A stretch of 64,000 bases of DNA from the human T2T-CHM13v2.0 reference genome, Homo sapiens (GCF_009914755.1 NC_060932.1), one strand, 5' to 3'. Counted from the stretch's first letter, positions 12,951 through 26,625 are shown. Made by a program: numbers and translations. Notes: a model not told the origin generated them from the sequence alone.

Positions 12951-15740
12951 TGTATCTGGTAGTCTGAAACAAAAAATGGATAATTGGATCCAATTTGAAA
13001 GATAGCAGCTCAGATAATTTATAGAAAGCTGGAGAGCAGGTTGGGAAATTGGGCTGGAACCAAGGAGGCTCTGAGGGCTAAATGTCAGGAAGAATAATTC
13101 AGGCCATCATCACCAGACAGGTGTGCCCAGCACACCTGCCTGAAACCAACACAGTACCTTACCAGCACTGCCACTAGATGCTCTCATTGCTGCTAGACAC
13201 TGCAGTTGCTCCACCATTACAAAGTTGGGTCTCCTATCCTTGAGCTGAGGGAACAAAGGCATCTTTGTTCAAAGAAGGCAACTGAAGATATGGTGGATAA
13301 AATGAATTTGAACTCTATTAGTTACAGCTCTGGCTGTGGATGTAATCTGTACAGGTCATCTTCTTCAGATATAAAGCAGGGAGCAAAAGGATATGGTTTT
13401 GGAAGAAAAACTAGAAGATATCCCTTAAAGCTCACTGCTTTTGCCCTTCAGCACTCATTCTTTTCCTTCATCCTGTTTGAAACTTCTTATCTTCAATCCA
13501 GGTGACTAAACTCCCATGAGAAGCTGGCATTAATTTGGTTACACTACCACCTGAAATTTAAAACATTAAATGTCACCAATATTTTTCATATTCGATAGTA
13601 GGGGGAAAAGACAGATCATGAAGTTATTAATTTACATAAAATACAGGTGCTCAGTCCCCACTCTGGTAGCTGGTTAGGAGATCTAAGCTGCCTTCTTCCA
13701 CTACCCAGTTCATGTTTCTTTTACCCTTAGCAAGCACCTTGGCTGCAAAGGGATTTTTACTTGGAAGGGTTATTTGTAGGATCAAAGTGGTTGGTTGTCT
13801 TGTCATCTTGAGATTTTTGCTATTTTCCATTTGACAGAACTATTAGACAAGGGAATGTTAACAGGCATCAAAGAGAACCTCTGAGGTCCTAAACATAGTC
13901 CTAGTTATGTGAAGATCATGGGCAAGAACACTCCAGAAAGGGGAAGAAGGCATTCCAGGAGGGACATTTACATATCCTTCCTTATCTTCAATCTTCCATT
14001 TGTGTCCTTAAGTGCCTGACCACCTGGCCAGCCCATTAGGCCTTGTCTACAAATCAGTGCAGATCTATAACTCAGGCTCTTTGTCTTAACACAAAAAGTG
14101 AGCAACCACATGTCTTACCTAAAGTTCTGCCTACTGGCATGATATGCACTTTCACCACTGTCTTTTGGAGTCTTTCTTAAGTCAACTATAGTGAAACAGC
14201 CATCCACTCCTGCCTGGTGCCAGTATACCATGCAGATACATCAGTAGGCCAGGCCCACCTTTCTTTCCTCCTCAACAAATAAGCCACAGGAACTCTCTGT
14301 GAGGCAAAAAGATATGAGTTGGGAGAGAAGCAGCAAAGCAGAAGAAGATGACATGAGTCTGAACACCCGCTTATGCAGTTTATTGTGCCTCTGGGTCAAC
14401 TTAGATCCAATACCTATTAGCCATTTCTATTTTATAGTAAAATGTTGCTGATATTAGTCCAATTTTATGATTCAGCAGATCTGATAACACTAGTTAATGT
14501 ATAGTTTGGGGAAAATAGTAACATCATGTTCCATAGTCAGGCTGCAGTCTTTACCAGAGCCCAGTAACAAGCCAGGAACTGTGTTGTTTTTGTTTTTTTC
14601 CCCCTTTGCTGTTGTTTTGCTTTTTGCTGTTTATTGTAGGTAGCACTTATATTTTTTCTCACACAATGATGTGTTCCTTGGGCCTAATGTTCTTAACAGC
14701 AATAGAAAAACAAAATGGTTCTTTTAAAGAGTTCTGAATTATGTGCACAACTTTACATTAGTTAAAAGGATACATAAATTTATGGGTATAAATGCAAATC
14801 ACTTCTCAACTCAAGATAAATAACAATATATGATGTTGTGGTGGGAAAACATTAGGTAAGAAAAGAAACTGGGTGCTGGGACTTGAATTTTTCCAAACTA
14901 TTCTGGCTGTTGAGACAGAAATGATAACTGATTCTGGAACTCTTGCAAGCTTCTAGAGAAATCTTGAGTTAGCTTTTACATGCCAAAAGTCAAACCATTA
15001 ATATCCCACACAAATCAGAAAATTGACAGTCTTTCCTCTTCCTAAGCCAATGGCTTTTTTCTCCTGTAAACATGCTATCTTTCCTTCACCTCAGTCATGA
15101 AACAATTAAGTCACATCATGTAGGAGTATAAATCAAGGAAATGTATAGGATATGCACTTGTATATATATGTATTTTTTTATATACACATGTATACATATA
15201 TGTATTTATATATACACATATGCATATATCAAAGCAATCATTGACTGAAATATAAGGTCAAATCAACAAGGCATTTCATCCTTCCAGAGACCAGCAGTAG
15301 TTCAGTCACTAGATAATATCTTCTGGAAAATCTGAGTATTTCTGTCTCCCTCATTGCAGTCACTCTAACAATGTCCGCAGCATATGAAGGACTATTTCAA
15401 GGCAATCATGGAGGCACTCTGGTTCTTCACATGCTTTAAATTTTATATCACAGCTTCCAGTTTCTCTTGTTTCAAATGTATGTTTTCTAGGACAATCACA
15501 AGAAGCCAGATGAATCCACAAGATTTATCATCAATATTTTCAACATAACAACTAAGTTGTTATGACTCCACCTCCTGATCTCCCAATGTCTTGTCTTCTA
15601 CTTGCACCTTATCTGCCTGCATTTGCCATCACTGGTGATAATTGAGTAATGCTGATGCCACTGTATGCCATAATTTACCCATGTGTCATTCCCTTAAGCA
15701 AGAAAATTATCTTTCCATTCCTAAAATATGTGAACAACTG
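12950..15740 (-). mobile_element. Ancient ERVL/MLT1-type LTR plus internal relic with pol-like and gag-like remnants
   Basis: 14200-14640 resembles the ERV-L RNaseH region also seen at 5300-5720. 15340-15680 translates on minus as ...WLLVIVLENIHLKQEKLEAVI*NLKHVKNQSASMIALK*SFICC, like ERV-L Gag. Confidence 0.6.
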
Positions 15741-16227
15741 AATTTTAGAATCCCACTTTAAGGCAAGGAGCAGAACATTGTTTCACCATTCACTGAGTGA
15801 CCAGTTGGTGCAGCCACGGTTAAAGACAGATAAGTGTCATCCAGGAAAGAGAACAGTTGAACAACAAGCACAATAGGCTCAAGTAATACAGCATTTACTT
15901 AAAGCCGAGGAGACAAAAGATATACAAAATCCAGCCCCTTGCTATGTGTTGGTCCCCCGTGACCAGCAGATCTACTCTGCAGCCTTCACAGGCAATGGAC
16001 CTGCACACATCCCACTCCGTGCTGCAGTAGAAGGACCCCTCCCCGTCTTCTATTGGATCTAAAACACAGAAATCTGGACTGTGCCTGAGGCCCATTGATA
16101 TATGTATTAAGCAGGACAAAGGAGTACACGTTGAGTCTGAAACAGGGAAAAATATTCCCACAAAAGGCAATAAGCTTAGCACAGGCTGTGAAGACTCTTA
16201 ATTCCTGGTAAAGAAGTGTTTCAGGCT

Positions 16228-16613
16228 TGCTATGGTTTGAGTGTTTTGTCCCCTTCAAAATTCATGTTGAAACTTAATCCTCAGTGCAAACTTAACCCTT
16301 AGGTAAAGGCTGATGGGAAGTGTTTAGGTCATGGATTAATGGCACTATAAAAAGGGCTTGGAAGCTGGCTTTCACTCTCTCTTTCCCTTCTGGTCTTCTG
16401 CCATGTGAGGAACAAGATTCCTCGCCTCTGGAGGATGCAGCATTCAAGTTGGTATTTTGGAAATGGAGACTGGGCTTTTATCAGACACAAAACTTGCTTG
16501 TGCCCTGATCTTGGACTTCCAAGCCTCCAGAACTCTGAAAAATAAATTTCTGTTCACTATAACTTACCCATTCTCAGGTATTCTCTTATGGCAGGACAAA
16601 ACAGACTAAGAAA
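16228..16613 (+). mobile_element. MaLR solo LTR (MSTC/MLT1A-like)
   Basis: tgctatggtttgagtg...cagactaaga; perfect TSD aggct at 16223-16227 and 16614-16618. Confidence 0.88.
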
Positions 16614-16689
16614 AGGCTCAACACCCATTCTTATGTGGCCGAGAAGGGTTCAAAAGACTATAGGCACACGATTGCCTTGTACAACTCTA

Positions 16690-17040
16690 CTAGTAGATTA
16701 TTACCAGCTCTAGGTCTGAGGAGCAAGGTGAAGGAGTGATTACTGAAACCTGGAGACGAAGAGAATGCTGGAGAGGGTTGCCTTACAGAAGCAGTGATCT
16801 TCAGTCAAGGGACTGAAGTAATCTCACAGGCAGGGAAATAGCAAAAAAGTCCCTCAATCTCATTCTCTTCCTTTCAATCTCCTACCAGTATTTCAACTGA
16901 ACAGACTTCCCTAGACACCAGAAGTCAAGAAACCTGATGATGTACTCTATACAATTCAGCCTTCTCAGGCAGACAGTAGGGTACAGAAGGTTGTGAAAAA
17001 TAGATTCAGAGAGGTAAAAAAAAAAGTTATCTAAAATATG
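16690..17040 (-). mobile_element. LTR33-like fragment
   Basis: Family-level reverse similarity to the LTR at 11135-11995. Confidence 0.5.
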
Positions 17041-18715
17041 TATCCACAAAGCTTAGAGCAAAGTATTTCCTAGTACTGCACTGTCATCTGTCCTTGCTTA
17101 GTATAAGTAATATGAAGACATTCTCCATTGCATAAACTGTTATCAGCTGAGACGAATATTCTCTCTGGTTCTCAGTAGTCAACATCCCAACATACTCATA
17201 ATTTATGAGGCATTCAGATTGCTTCTCATCTTTGCTGTTGCAACACTTTTGTCCTGACATTGAGGCTCCTTTAGGTCCTCTGGCTCTTACTCAGATACTT
17301 CCACTCACATATGAGAGACATGGAAACATTTTGCAGTTCTCTAGTTCCACTGCTCTAGATGGAAGTAAATTGGATAGGGCTACCTTGGGACCTTTTGACA
17401 AAGGTATACTACATTGCCCTCTCCATTCTGCCTCTCCTGAGCCATACTGAATATAGAAACTGAGTGAGGGAGTACTCCTTGAGAGTGAATGTCTTTTTCA
17501 GGTTATACACAGAAAGTGATGGATGGGTATCTCTTGCATGGGACCCCATGGAAGGGATCCTGTGACTCTATCTGGAGTTCTACCATTCTGCTTCCTACCT
17601 CTGGGGGATGAGAGGTGAAGAGTGGGGAGTGTGAAAGTGCAGCATTCAAGCCTCTTATCTGGGACATTCACCTGTACCTAATTTTATATCTCTATTTCTA
17701 ACTTTGTTAAATATTCTGTGTCAGGGATATTTTATAGCCTCTGGGAAGGGGGAATAAGTTTGGCTTGGAAAAAATTCTTCCAAATTTACGTTTCATGGTA
17801 AAATCTCCACTTTTGATGTCAAATGACAAAAAGTCACTTCTATTGTTCTCCTATCCTATGGCTACCTCTTCTTCCAGCAGTGAATATAGATTCTTATAGC
17901 TGTCTATGGTGGGGGCAGAACCATTGCATATAAGTAAGTGTGTAGAGAAAAGTACATAAGCTAATAATTCACAATATTCACCAAAGGTCTTTTCTTCAAG
18001 ACTCTAACATGTACACAGCAATCCTTTCTAAAGACACAGATTTTCCCGCCATTTTCCATAGTAAACTGAAGAATTATTATGAATGTAACAGCCAGAATTT
18101 CTCCAGCACTTATTCTATGCATTACATTTAAGTATTTTAATAAAATAATTTAATGTATATAAAGTCCTTAGTAGAGATAAGTCTAATAAATGTGAAGTCT
18201 CTCCTTCCATATACTATTTACATTGTTGGTATTCACCTCATTGAAAATAAATATTGATATGAATAAACAGGTAAAAGACACAAGAATAATTACATAGCAA
18301 ACTGGAATTCCTAAATACTTTAACATTTAACAACTTCTAAGTAACTTTAATAAAATAGAAGATAAAAGTAGTGATTTTTACTTCAGTCTTAGCCATGCTT
18401 CCACCACTTAGGGGACCTGCTCCTATTATAGTTTAATAACTAGATATGTCTTAAACATAGTTTTTGGCAACACACATATTCTCTGCAGTGCCTCAAACCT
18501 GATCATGTTTTAAAGGGATGATACTTAACATCTATCATTTTGATAGTCTACTTTAAAATATACACTGCAATAGATAGAAATAACATGAGTTACATTTTAG
18601 AGATAAATGGCTTTTTAAATAAATGTCATTTTATAATTAATTTTTACAACCAGAATTTTGTTTAAGGAAAATATCTTCTTTTTAAAATCTGTGTATATCT
18701 TGATAGAATTCCTGG

Positions 18716-19133
18716 TGTCAAAGAACAAAATTTCCACAAGTTAAGTTTGAAATACCTAATTGGATTTTGTGATTCATGAACCAGGCAGAATTCAGTTTAC
18801 AAAACAGAAAGGTGCTCCACTGAGTGCGGCAGAAAAATGGGCTTTTATAAGGCAGCTTTAGCAGGAACAAGTAAACAGTATAGCGCAAAGAGTGGATTGG
18901 TTATCATTGGGTTATTTCCCTTGCAGGAATGTAAACAAAATCTTGTTGGCTTATGGGATTTGGCAATTATCTCTCTCCAAACTTTTTGGAAGGTCAGGTC
19001 CTACAAGCAAACAGCTTATATTTCAGTTTGATGACATGGAACTTAGCATGAGTGACTCCATTTGGGTTCGTCTGTTGGGGTCTAGAGTAGAAGTTCAGTC
19101 CAAATCAATGACCTCCATAGATTTTATTTAACA
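18716..19133 (-). mobile_element. MER31-family LTR (ERV1)
   Basis: Reverse complement starts tgttaaataaaatctatggaggtcattgatttggactga...caaatggagtcactcatgcta. Confidence 0.8.
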
Positions 19134-19169
19134 CTAGCAACCTAACCTGCCCTCCAAATTTACCATGTT

Positions 19170-21230
19170 CATTAACCAAACCTGCATTGTGTACTTACGT
19201 AGGTCTACTATGTGAAAGGTACCACATTGAGCGTTTTGGAAGAGATAAATAAAATGTAAAAATTAGTCCTGCCCCTAGGGGGATGACAAGTTAGGGAGAC
19301 AATATTTTAACATATGAAAAGTAAATAATGTCACAGAGTTTTTAAAAACACCATGAAATCAACAATACAGAAAGTTGGAAAGACAACCTAGTTTTAGAAT
19401 GGTAAACCCAGAGTTCACGGGTTGCAAATCCTATAAGCCACAGTATCCTAAGAAAGCTTGATCTCATTTATAAGATAAAATAATAAGATCACATGTTTAC
19501 CATGTGTCAAGCACTATGCTCAATGTCTCACAAGTACTTTATTTAGTTTTCATAATCCATCCTGTGTAATCCATACTGTTATCGCCATTTACAGTGGTAA
19601 AATAACTTGCACAAGGTTACATAGCTAGCTTAAGTGGCAGAGCTAGGAGGCAAACCCATGGCCTGTACTGTTAATCAGCACATTACATTATCTAGTAGTG
19701 TTTACTTGGACCCTGAAAGATAAGTGAGACTTGGGCAATAGTTAAAGGCTTAACATTATTACCAAGTCCTAGAAATTTAATATTTATAATATAAATATTA
19801 TATTTAACATTCATATGGTATATGTAATATTATAATATAATTAATATTTTTATTTGTTGTCTCAGTACAAAAAATCTACAAAGTAGATACTATTACCATT
19901 TCTTTCTTACAGATGAGGCAATTACCATTTAAACAGGTTAAGTAATTTTCCCACATGATACAGCTAGTTAACAGTAAAGAAAATAAAGATTTCAATCCAT
20001 GCAGTCTGACTTTCTATCAACATGATAAGCTTTGACAGACAAAGTAGAGTAGGAGAGCATTTTGGCAAAAGTAGTAGCTAATGTAGAGCCAAATTAACAG
20101 CTATAGAGTTAGGTTGGATCAGTTTCCAAAGAGCCTGGAATGCTGAGATAAGGAGTTTAAATTTCATCTGGTTGTTAACAGGAAGCTACTGAAAGGTGTT
20201 AACTGGAAATTCCCACCTATAGAATGGCTTCTAGGTAAAATCAGTAGAGTTAGTCTGTCTATGGGCAAAATTCATGCCAAATCCTCTCACTGCTTTCTGG
20301 TAATGGTAATGAACAGTAGATCTGGGGTGATCCGGTGCCAGCTGGGAGAATTAAACAGGGCTAAGACAAACACTCTCTGCTATGGGATGACAGCTCTCTG
20401 TATGTGGGAGGCACTGCCTTAGATAAGAGAGAAGAATGCCAAGATCTTTCCCGGATAGCTCCTGCCTTGAGGGAGCTAGCCGTCTGTGATACAACAGCTA
20501 TTCTTCTTGGTCACTTGTAATACTTCTAACATCAAGACCCAATAGCCTCCTTTTCCAGAACTTAAGTGAGCCTGACCATGATCCTTTCAGACTCAGCAGA
20601 ATCTTTTCAGTTTCAACTTCTTCCCTGCTTAGCCAATAAAAGCCACTAATCTTTACATCCAGTCTGTGCTTCTTCAAACTTGACCGCTCACCTTGCTGCC
20701 CTAAAACCTTGATCAGCCAGATGCTTTCTGGTCCTGGATTATCCTCGCTAGTCTCAAATTGCCTTCATTCTACCTTGATTATTTTAGGATATTAACTCTG
20801 GTGGCAGTTATAGAACAGGCTGGAAGAGGAAGACACATGATACAAGAAGACCAGATGAGAAATTACTGTCATTGCTCACATGTGAGACAGGAGCTGCAAC
20901 TAGAATGATGGCAGCGTGAACAGGAAGTTGCTAAAGACTTCGCAAAGACACAACAGGATCAACTGACTAGAGGATAGAGGTGAGAAAGAAAATGAAGAGT
21001 TCGGAGATTAAATTGCAATTTCAAGTCCAGGTAAGCTGGATAATGGTACCATTGAGATGTTAGGTTGGAAGGATGAGAATTCAGCTGTAGATATGTTGAG
21101 GTTTAATGTGGCCACTGAACATCCAAATGCAAATCTTCACTGGGCAGCTGAGAATGAAGAACTTGAGCCCAGGAGAGCCATCAGAGCTGGAGCTATTGAA
21201 TAGGAATTGTTTACATAGTGAGGATCAGAG
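19170..21230 (-). mobile_element. Cluster of L2 and MIR fragments, with a probable old LTR at ~20197-20780
   Basis: MIR cores at ~19490-19690 and ~19890-20010. L2 text at 20100-20195 resumes at ~20780. Confidence 0.55.
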
Positions 21231-21926
21231 AAGCAAGGAACCTGAAAAGGCTCCTCAAGGGAAAAATGTTTAACCATGTAGCTTCCCTATGGATTTCCGC
21301 TAAAATGTCAGAGCACAGTAGGCCCTGTTATCCTCTTTATCTCAAATGGATTCTTTCGCATTTGAGGCTCAGACAAATGTGTGCGAGGGGGAGAAAATGA
21401 GGAAATTGAGAGATAATGAGTATAACAACAGCAACAACAAAGTAATCCCTCCAAAAATATTTTCCCCCCCATATCCTCAATTATAAATCTTAAAATCACA
21501 TTCCCACTTTCTGTTATAATAATAATACTGTTGTTTTAAAATAAGCTCTCTCAATTTTAATCTTCTTATTTTGACAACAAACTTGATTATATATTATGAT
21601 AACAGAGTGGACTGATCTAGTTATCCAATCATCCATTCCAGAGAAATATAATATGTAAATATGCATTGATTAATAATTTTTAAATAACTATAAAAATCTC
21701 TATAAGTATTACTTATAAGAAAACATAAGAAATACTATTTAATCTTTCTTTGATAATTCAAAAGGCAAAGTAGGATTATGAATTCCTCAGGTTAATCACT
21801 GAGGCCACAAATTTTCACTGGGCTAGGAATGTGTCAAAGCATGAGATTCATTGGATTTTCTGATATAAAAAATTCTAGCTCATCGTTTAGTCCCTACCTG
21901 AGCCAAGGAGACAAATTAGCCTGGCC

Positions 21927-21972
21927 ACAAAAATGTTCAGGGTAGGTACAAAAATGTTCAGGGTAGCTACAA
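21927..21972. repeat. 21-bp tandem duplication
   Basis: acaaaaatgttcagggtaggt / acaaaaatgttcagggtagct / acaa. Confidence 0.95.
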
Positions 21973-22659
21973 TTATGAATCCTGTAGGAAAGAAACACAT
22001 TTGTAATGGAGTTAGCTTTTGCCTTATCAAATATCTATTTAGTATGATAATTAGAATGCTGTCACTCACTTTAAGATTGCATCTTTTGGTACCCCCATTA
22101 AATGCAAAAGCTCTTAGTACGGGACTACTGTTAATTTAATTGATTGATCATGCATTGTCTTTTTAAGCATCTCTTAAGTATTCTTGATTAAAATATATGA
22201 CATTTAAAAACATATCTCAGGTATAAAAATAGAGATTTTTAAATAAGTTCTACAGTTTTAAGTTCCCTTTGAAAAGAAAAAGTGATAAAATTGGCAAACC
22301 AAAGGAAGCCTAAATGGGATTCATCACTACTGGTTGGGCAACTTTCTGCAACCTTCATTCTAGGAGAAAAGGAGACATTTCTCTGAAACTTGAAGAATTT
22401 AACTATTTTCCTTCAGAATGAAATCCTTTTTCTAGTGCTTCTCCAGCAGTACAAAACACACTAAATCAACACATGGGAACAATAACATTTAAATCCATGC
22501 ACAGAAATCTCAGGTTAGAAATAACAAATAGATAACGTAAATCACCACCACCACCACCACCACAACAAAAAACCCAGAGGTTACCACCCACTCACCACAT
22601 AGAGTGAAGGACTGGCAATAAGGTTAGTCTTTGCCTAAAAAATCAAAATTTTAAAGTAC

Positions 22660-22771
22660 TATAGGCAGTCCTTCCTTAGTTATCTGAAAATATGTACAAA
22701 GTGAGTACACAGTTCAGAGATGCACAAATTTGAGTTCACACAGTGCCCATGCAAATCAAGAACTGCCTATA
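22660..22771. mobile_element. ~110-bp MITE (TcMar-Tigger-like)
   Basis: Perfect 10-bp terminal inverted repeat tataggcagt...actgcctata with TA ends. Confidence 0.6.
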
Positions 22772-23034
22772 TTTCAAGCAGAGGCTGAGATGTGAGCTGA
22801 AGGATAAAGAATGCCAACTTACTTTACATATTCAAATGAAATAAATGTGTTTCCATTGAATTTCTTTCTCCTTTGCTCCTGAGAGTGCAGGGAGGGAAAA
22901 GAAGAGAGAAAAACTAGCCAGACATCAAGATGCCAGGATGTCCCATAGAATGTCAGAGCCTTTAAAAATTGCTCAGAGAAAAGATTTTTGCAAATGAAAA
23001 TATCTAATGAGTAAATTTAAAGTTGTCTGTCACT

Positions 23035-23362
23035 CTAGACTTGCATTGTCCAACGTGGTAGCCACTAGCTACAGGTGGCTACAAAGTAGTTGATATATGA
23101 CTAGAAAGAATTAAGAAGTACTCAAAATGTAAAATACACACTGGATTTTAAAGACTTAATATGAATAAGAAGACTGTAAAACAAATCTCATTAATAATTA
23201 TATTTTATATTGATCACAACTAATTATGATATTTTGGATATGTTGGATTAAATAAAATATACTGTTAAAATTAATTTTACCTTTTAAAAATGTGGCTACT
23301 GTAATATTTCAAATTACATATGTAGTTCATATTATATTTCTATTGGATAGTATTGCTCCAGT
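23035..23362. mobile_element. MER33/MER3-type non-autonomous hAT-Charlie element
   Basis: gcattgtccaa...gtagccactagc...gtggcta...ttctattggatagt; about 325 bp. Confidence 0.8.
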
Positions 23363-23489
23363 AAAGCCTGCTACACACCTTGTATGAGCAGGTTTTGGTG
23401 AGAAACCAAAAAGGCATTAAATCAAGAAAGCACATGTGAGATGGGGAGACCATCACAAACTGAGTAAAAACACACACAAGGCACAGCTT

Positions 23490-23680
23490 TAAGAGCTCTG
23501 TATATATTGATTTACAGAGTCTTCATTACAACTCTTTGAAGACCTCAGTTTTCAAATGAGCAGACTGAGGCACAGAGAGGTTAAGTAATTTGCCTGGGGA
23601 CACACAGCCAATCAGTGGTGGAGGAAGATTTGAATCTATGCAATCTGGCCCTGGAGTCCACATTCTTTTACAACTGCTTT
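23490..23680 (-). mobile_element. MIR
   Basis: actgaggcacagagaggttaagtaatttgcc core. Confidence 0.8.
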
Positions 23681-24129
23681 ATTTAATTACTTCTCTAGCA
23701 GCTGCAGAGCTTAAAATAAAAAAGGACCATGAGAATGTTAAGTGTCCTGAGAAAATGCAGAAACATACAGGGAGCAGTGAAACTTTCCATGTGTCTTGTG
23801 ATGAGTATTTGAGCTAACCTTCCAAGACCTTAAAGGAAAGAATGGTATTCTCTAAGACTTGGATAACACTGAAGTTAGGTTTGCTATAGGCCTTCCATAA
23901 CTCAATGAGCTTGAACATAAACTTCTTTAAATACTTTGTTTTATTCCCCTCCATTAAGGAAGCCCTATGTTTGGGCTTCACTCTTGGTGTAATCACACTT
24001 TCTTATTGGTCCTTTCCACCTTCAAGTCCAAATTGAGCTTTCTCAGCAAGCTAGGTCTGCAGAAAAGCTCTTCCTTTCTAAGCTCCAAATCTAATACTTT
24101 AATTTCTTTTTTATTAAAAAATTTTAAAT

Positions 24130-26625
24130 TCTTTATTTTTTAAAGACAGGTTTCTAGAGCAGCTTTGGGTTCACAGCAAAATTGAGAGTAAGATACAGAG
24201 ATTTCCTATATATGCCCTGCCTTCACACATACATAGCCTCCCACTATCAACATCAAAATCCCCCACTAGAGTGCTTCCTTTGTTAGTAAGGGTGAGCCTA
24301 CACTGACACATCATTATAACTTGAAGTTCATAGTTTACATTTGGATTTACTCTTTGTTGTATATTCTGTGGGTTTGGACAAAAGTATAACATGTATCCAT
24401 CATTATATTATCATCCAGAATATTTTCAGTGCCCTAACAACCTCTGTGCTCTACCTATTTATCCCTCCTCCAGTGTCCAAACCCTGACAATCCCTGATCT
24501 TTTTACTCTCTCCTAATTTTTCTTTTCCAGAGTGTCATATAGTTGGAATCACACCATATGTTCCCTTTTCAGATTGGCTTCTTTCAGTTGTAATTGCAAT
24601 TAAGGTTACTTCTTGTCTGTTCATGGCTTGATAGCTCATTTCCTTTTAGTGCTGAATAATATTCTATTGTTTGAATGAACCAGTTTATCTATCCATTCAT
24701 CTACTGAAGGACACCTTGGTTGCTTCCAAGTTTTGGCAATTATTAATAAAGCTGCTATAAACACCTGTGTGAATTTTTGTGTGGACATACATTTTCAAGC
24801 CCTTTGGGTAAATGCCAAGAAGCATGATTGCTGGACCAAATGGTAAGAGTATGTTTAGTTTTGTGAGAAACTTCAAATTGCCTTCCAAAGTGGCTGTATC
24901 ATTTTGTATTCCACCAGAAATGAATGAGAATTCCTGTTGCTCCACATCCTAAGCAGCATTTGCTGTTGTCAGTGTTCTGGATTTTGGCCATTCTAATAAG
25001 TGTGCAATGGTATCTTATTGTTTTAATTTGCATTTCTCTAAAGACATATGACATGGAACATCTTTTCATATGCTTATTTGTTATCTGTATTAGTTTGTTC
25101 TCATGCTGCTAATAAAGACATATGCAAAACTGGGTAATTTATAAAGGAAAGAGGTTTAATTGACTCAGTTTCACATGGCTGGGGAGGCCTCACAATCATG
25201 GCAGAAGGTGAATAAGGAGCAAAGTCACGTCTTACATGGTAGCAGGCAAGATAACTTGTTCAGGGGAATTCTCATTTATAAAACCGTCAGATCTCATGAG
25301 ACTTACATTTGCCCCTTTAAGCCACAGCTGGGGCACAGAGCATCAAGTCACGAGATTGCACAAAGCAGCAAGGCCCTGGGCCTGGCCCATAAAGCCATTT
25401 TTTCCTCGTAGGCCTCCAGTCCTGTGGTGGGAAGGGCTGCACGAAGGTCTCCGACATGCCCTGGAGACATTTTCTCCATTATCTTGGCAATTAACATTTG
25501 GCTCCTTATTACTTATGCAAATTTCTGCAGCAAGCTTGAATTTCTCCTCAGGAAATGGGTTTTTCTTTTCTATCACATAGTCAGGCTGTGAATTTTCCAA
25601 ACTTTTTATGCTCTGCTTTCCTTTTAAACATGAGTTCCAATTCCAAATCACATCTTTGTGAATATATTAAACTGAATGTTTTTAACAGCACCAAAATCAC
25701 CTCTTGAACACTTTGCTGCTTAGAAATTTCGTCCTCCAGATGACCTAAATTATCTCTCCCAAGTTGAAATTTCCACAGATCTCTAGTTCAGGGGCAAAAT
25801 GTAGCCAGTCTCTTGGCTAAAACATAGCAAGAGTCACCTTTACTCCAGTTCTCAACAAGTTCCTCGTCTCCATCTGAGACCACCTCAGCCTGGACTTCAT
25901 TGTCCATGTCACTATCAGTATTTTGGGCAAAGCCATTCAAAAAGTCTCTAGGAAGTTCCAAACTTTCCCACATTTTCCTGTCTTCTTCTGAGCCCTCCAA
26001 ACTGTTCCAACCTCTGCCTGTTACCCAGTTCCAGAGTCACTTCCACATTTTGGGGTATTTTTACAGCAGCATCCCACTCTACCAGTACCAATTTACTGTA
26101 TTAGTCTGTTCCCATGCTACTAATAAAAACATACCCAAAACTGGCTAATTTAAAAAGGAAGGAGGTTTAATTGACTCACAGTTTCATATGACTCACCATC
26201 ACGGCAGAAGGCAAATGAGGTGCTAAATCATGTCTTACATGGCAACTGGCAAGAGAGCTTGTTCAGGGGAACTCCCATTTATAAAATCATGAGATCTTAT
26301 GAGACTTATTCACTACCACAAGAACAGTATGGGGGAAACTGCCCCCATGATTCAATTATCTCCATCTGACCCCGCCCTTCACATGTGGGTATTATTACAA
26401 TTCAAGGTGAGATTTGGGTGGGGAAATGGCCAAAACAATATCATCTGTGTATCTTTTTTTGGTGGGGTATCTGTTACGGTCTTTGGCTCTTTTTTTCAAT
26501 TGGGTTGTTCTCTTATGGTTGAGTTTTAAAAGTTCTCTGTATTTTTTGGGTAACAATCCTTTATCAGCTATGTCTTTTGCAAATATTACCTCCCAGTTTG
26601 TTGTCTGTCTTCTCATTCTCATGGT
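24130..26625 (-). mobile_element. L1MC1/2-like 3' end, interrupted by a THE1 element
   Basis: Reverse L1MC 3' UTR and ORF2 C-terminal relics (ORFs 24697-24945 and 26395-26622). Confidence 0.85.
25086..26443 (-). mobile_element. THE1-type MaLR with internal deletion: 5' LTR 26097-26443, internal 25306-26096, partial 3' LTR 25086-25305
   Basis: Two tgtattagt... LTR ends and THE1-int peptides (EGSEEDRKMWESLELPRD, IEKKNPFPEEKFKLAAEICISN). Confidence 0.92.

Noticed and set aside
15160-15230. Quasi-palindromic TA/CA-rich stretch, also at 19780-19850
   Set aside because: Low-complexity decayed microsatellite.
15895-16258. Overlapping 95-aa and 90-aa minus ORFs
   Set aside because: Lie in LTR-like sequence next to an ERVL relic; non-ATG starts.
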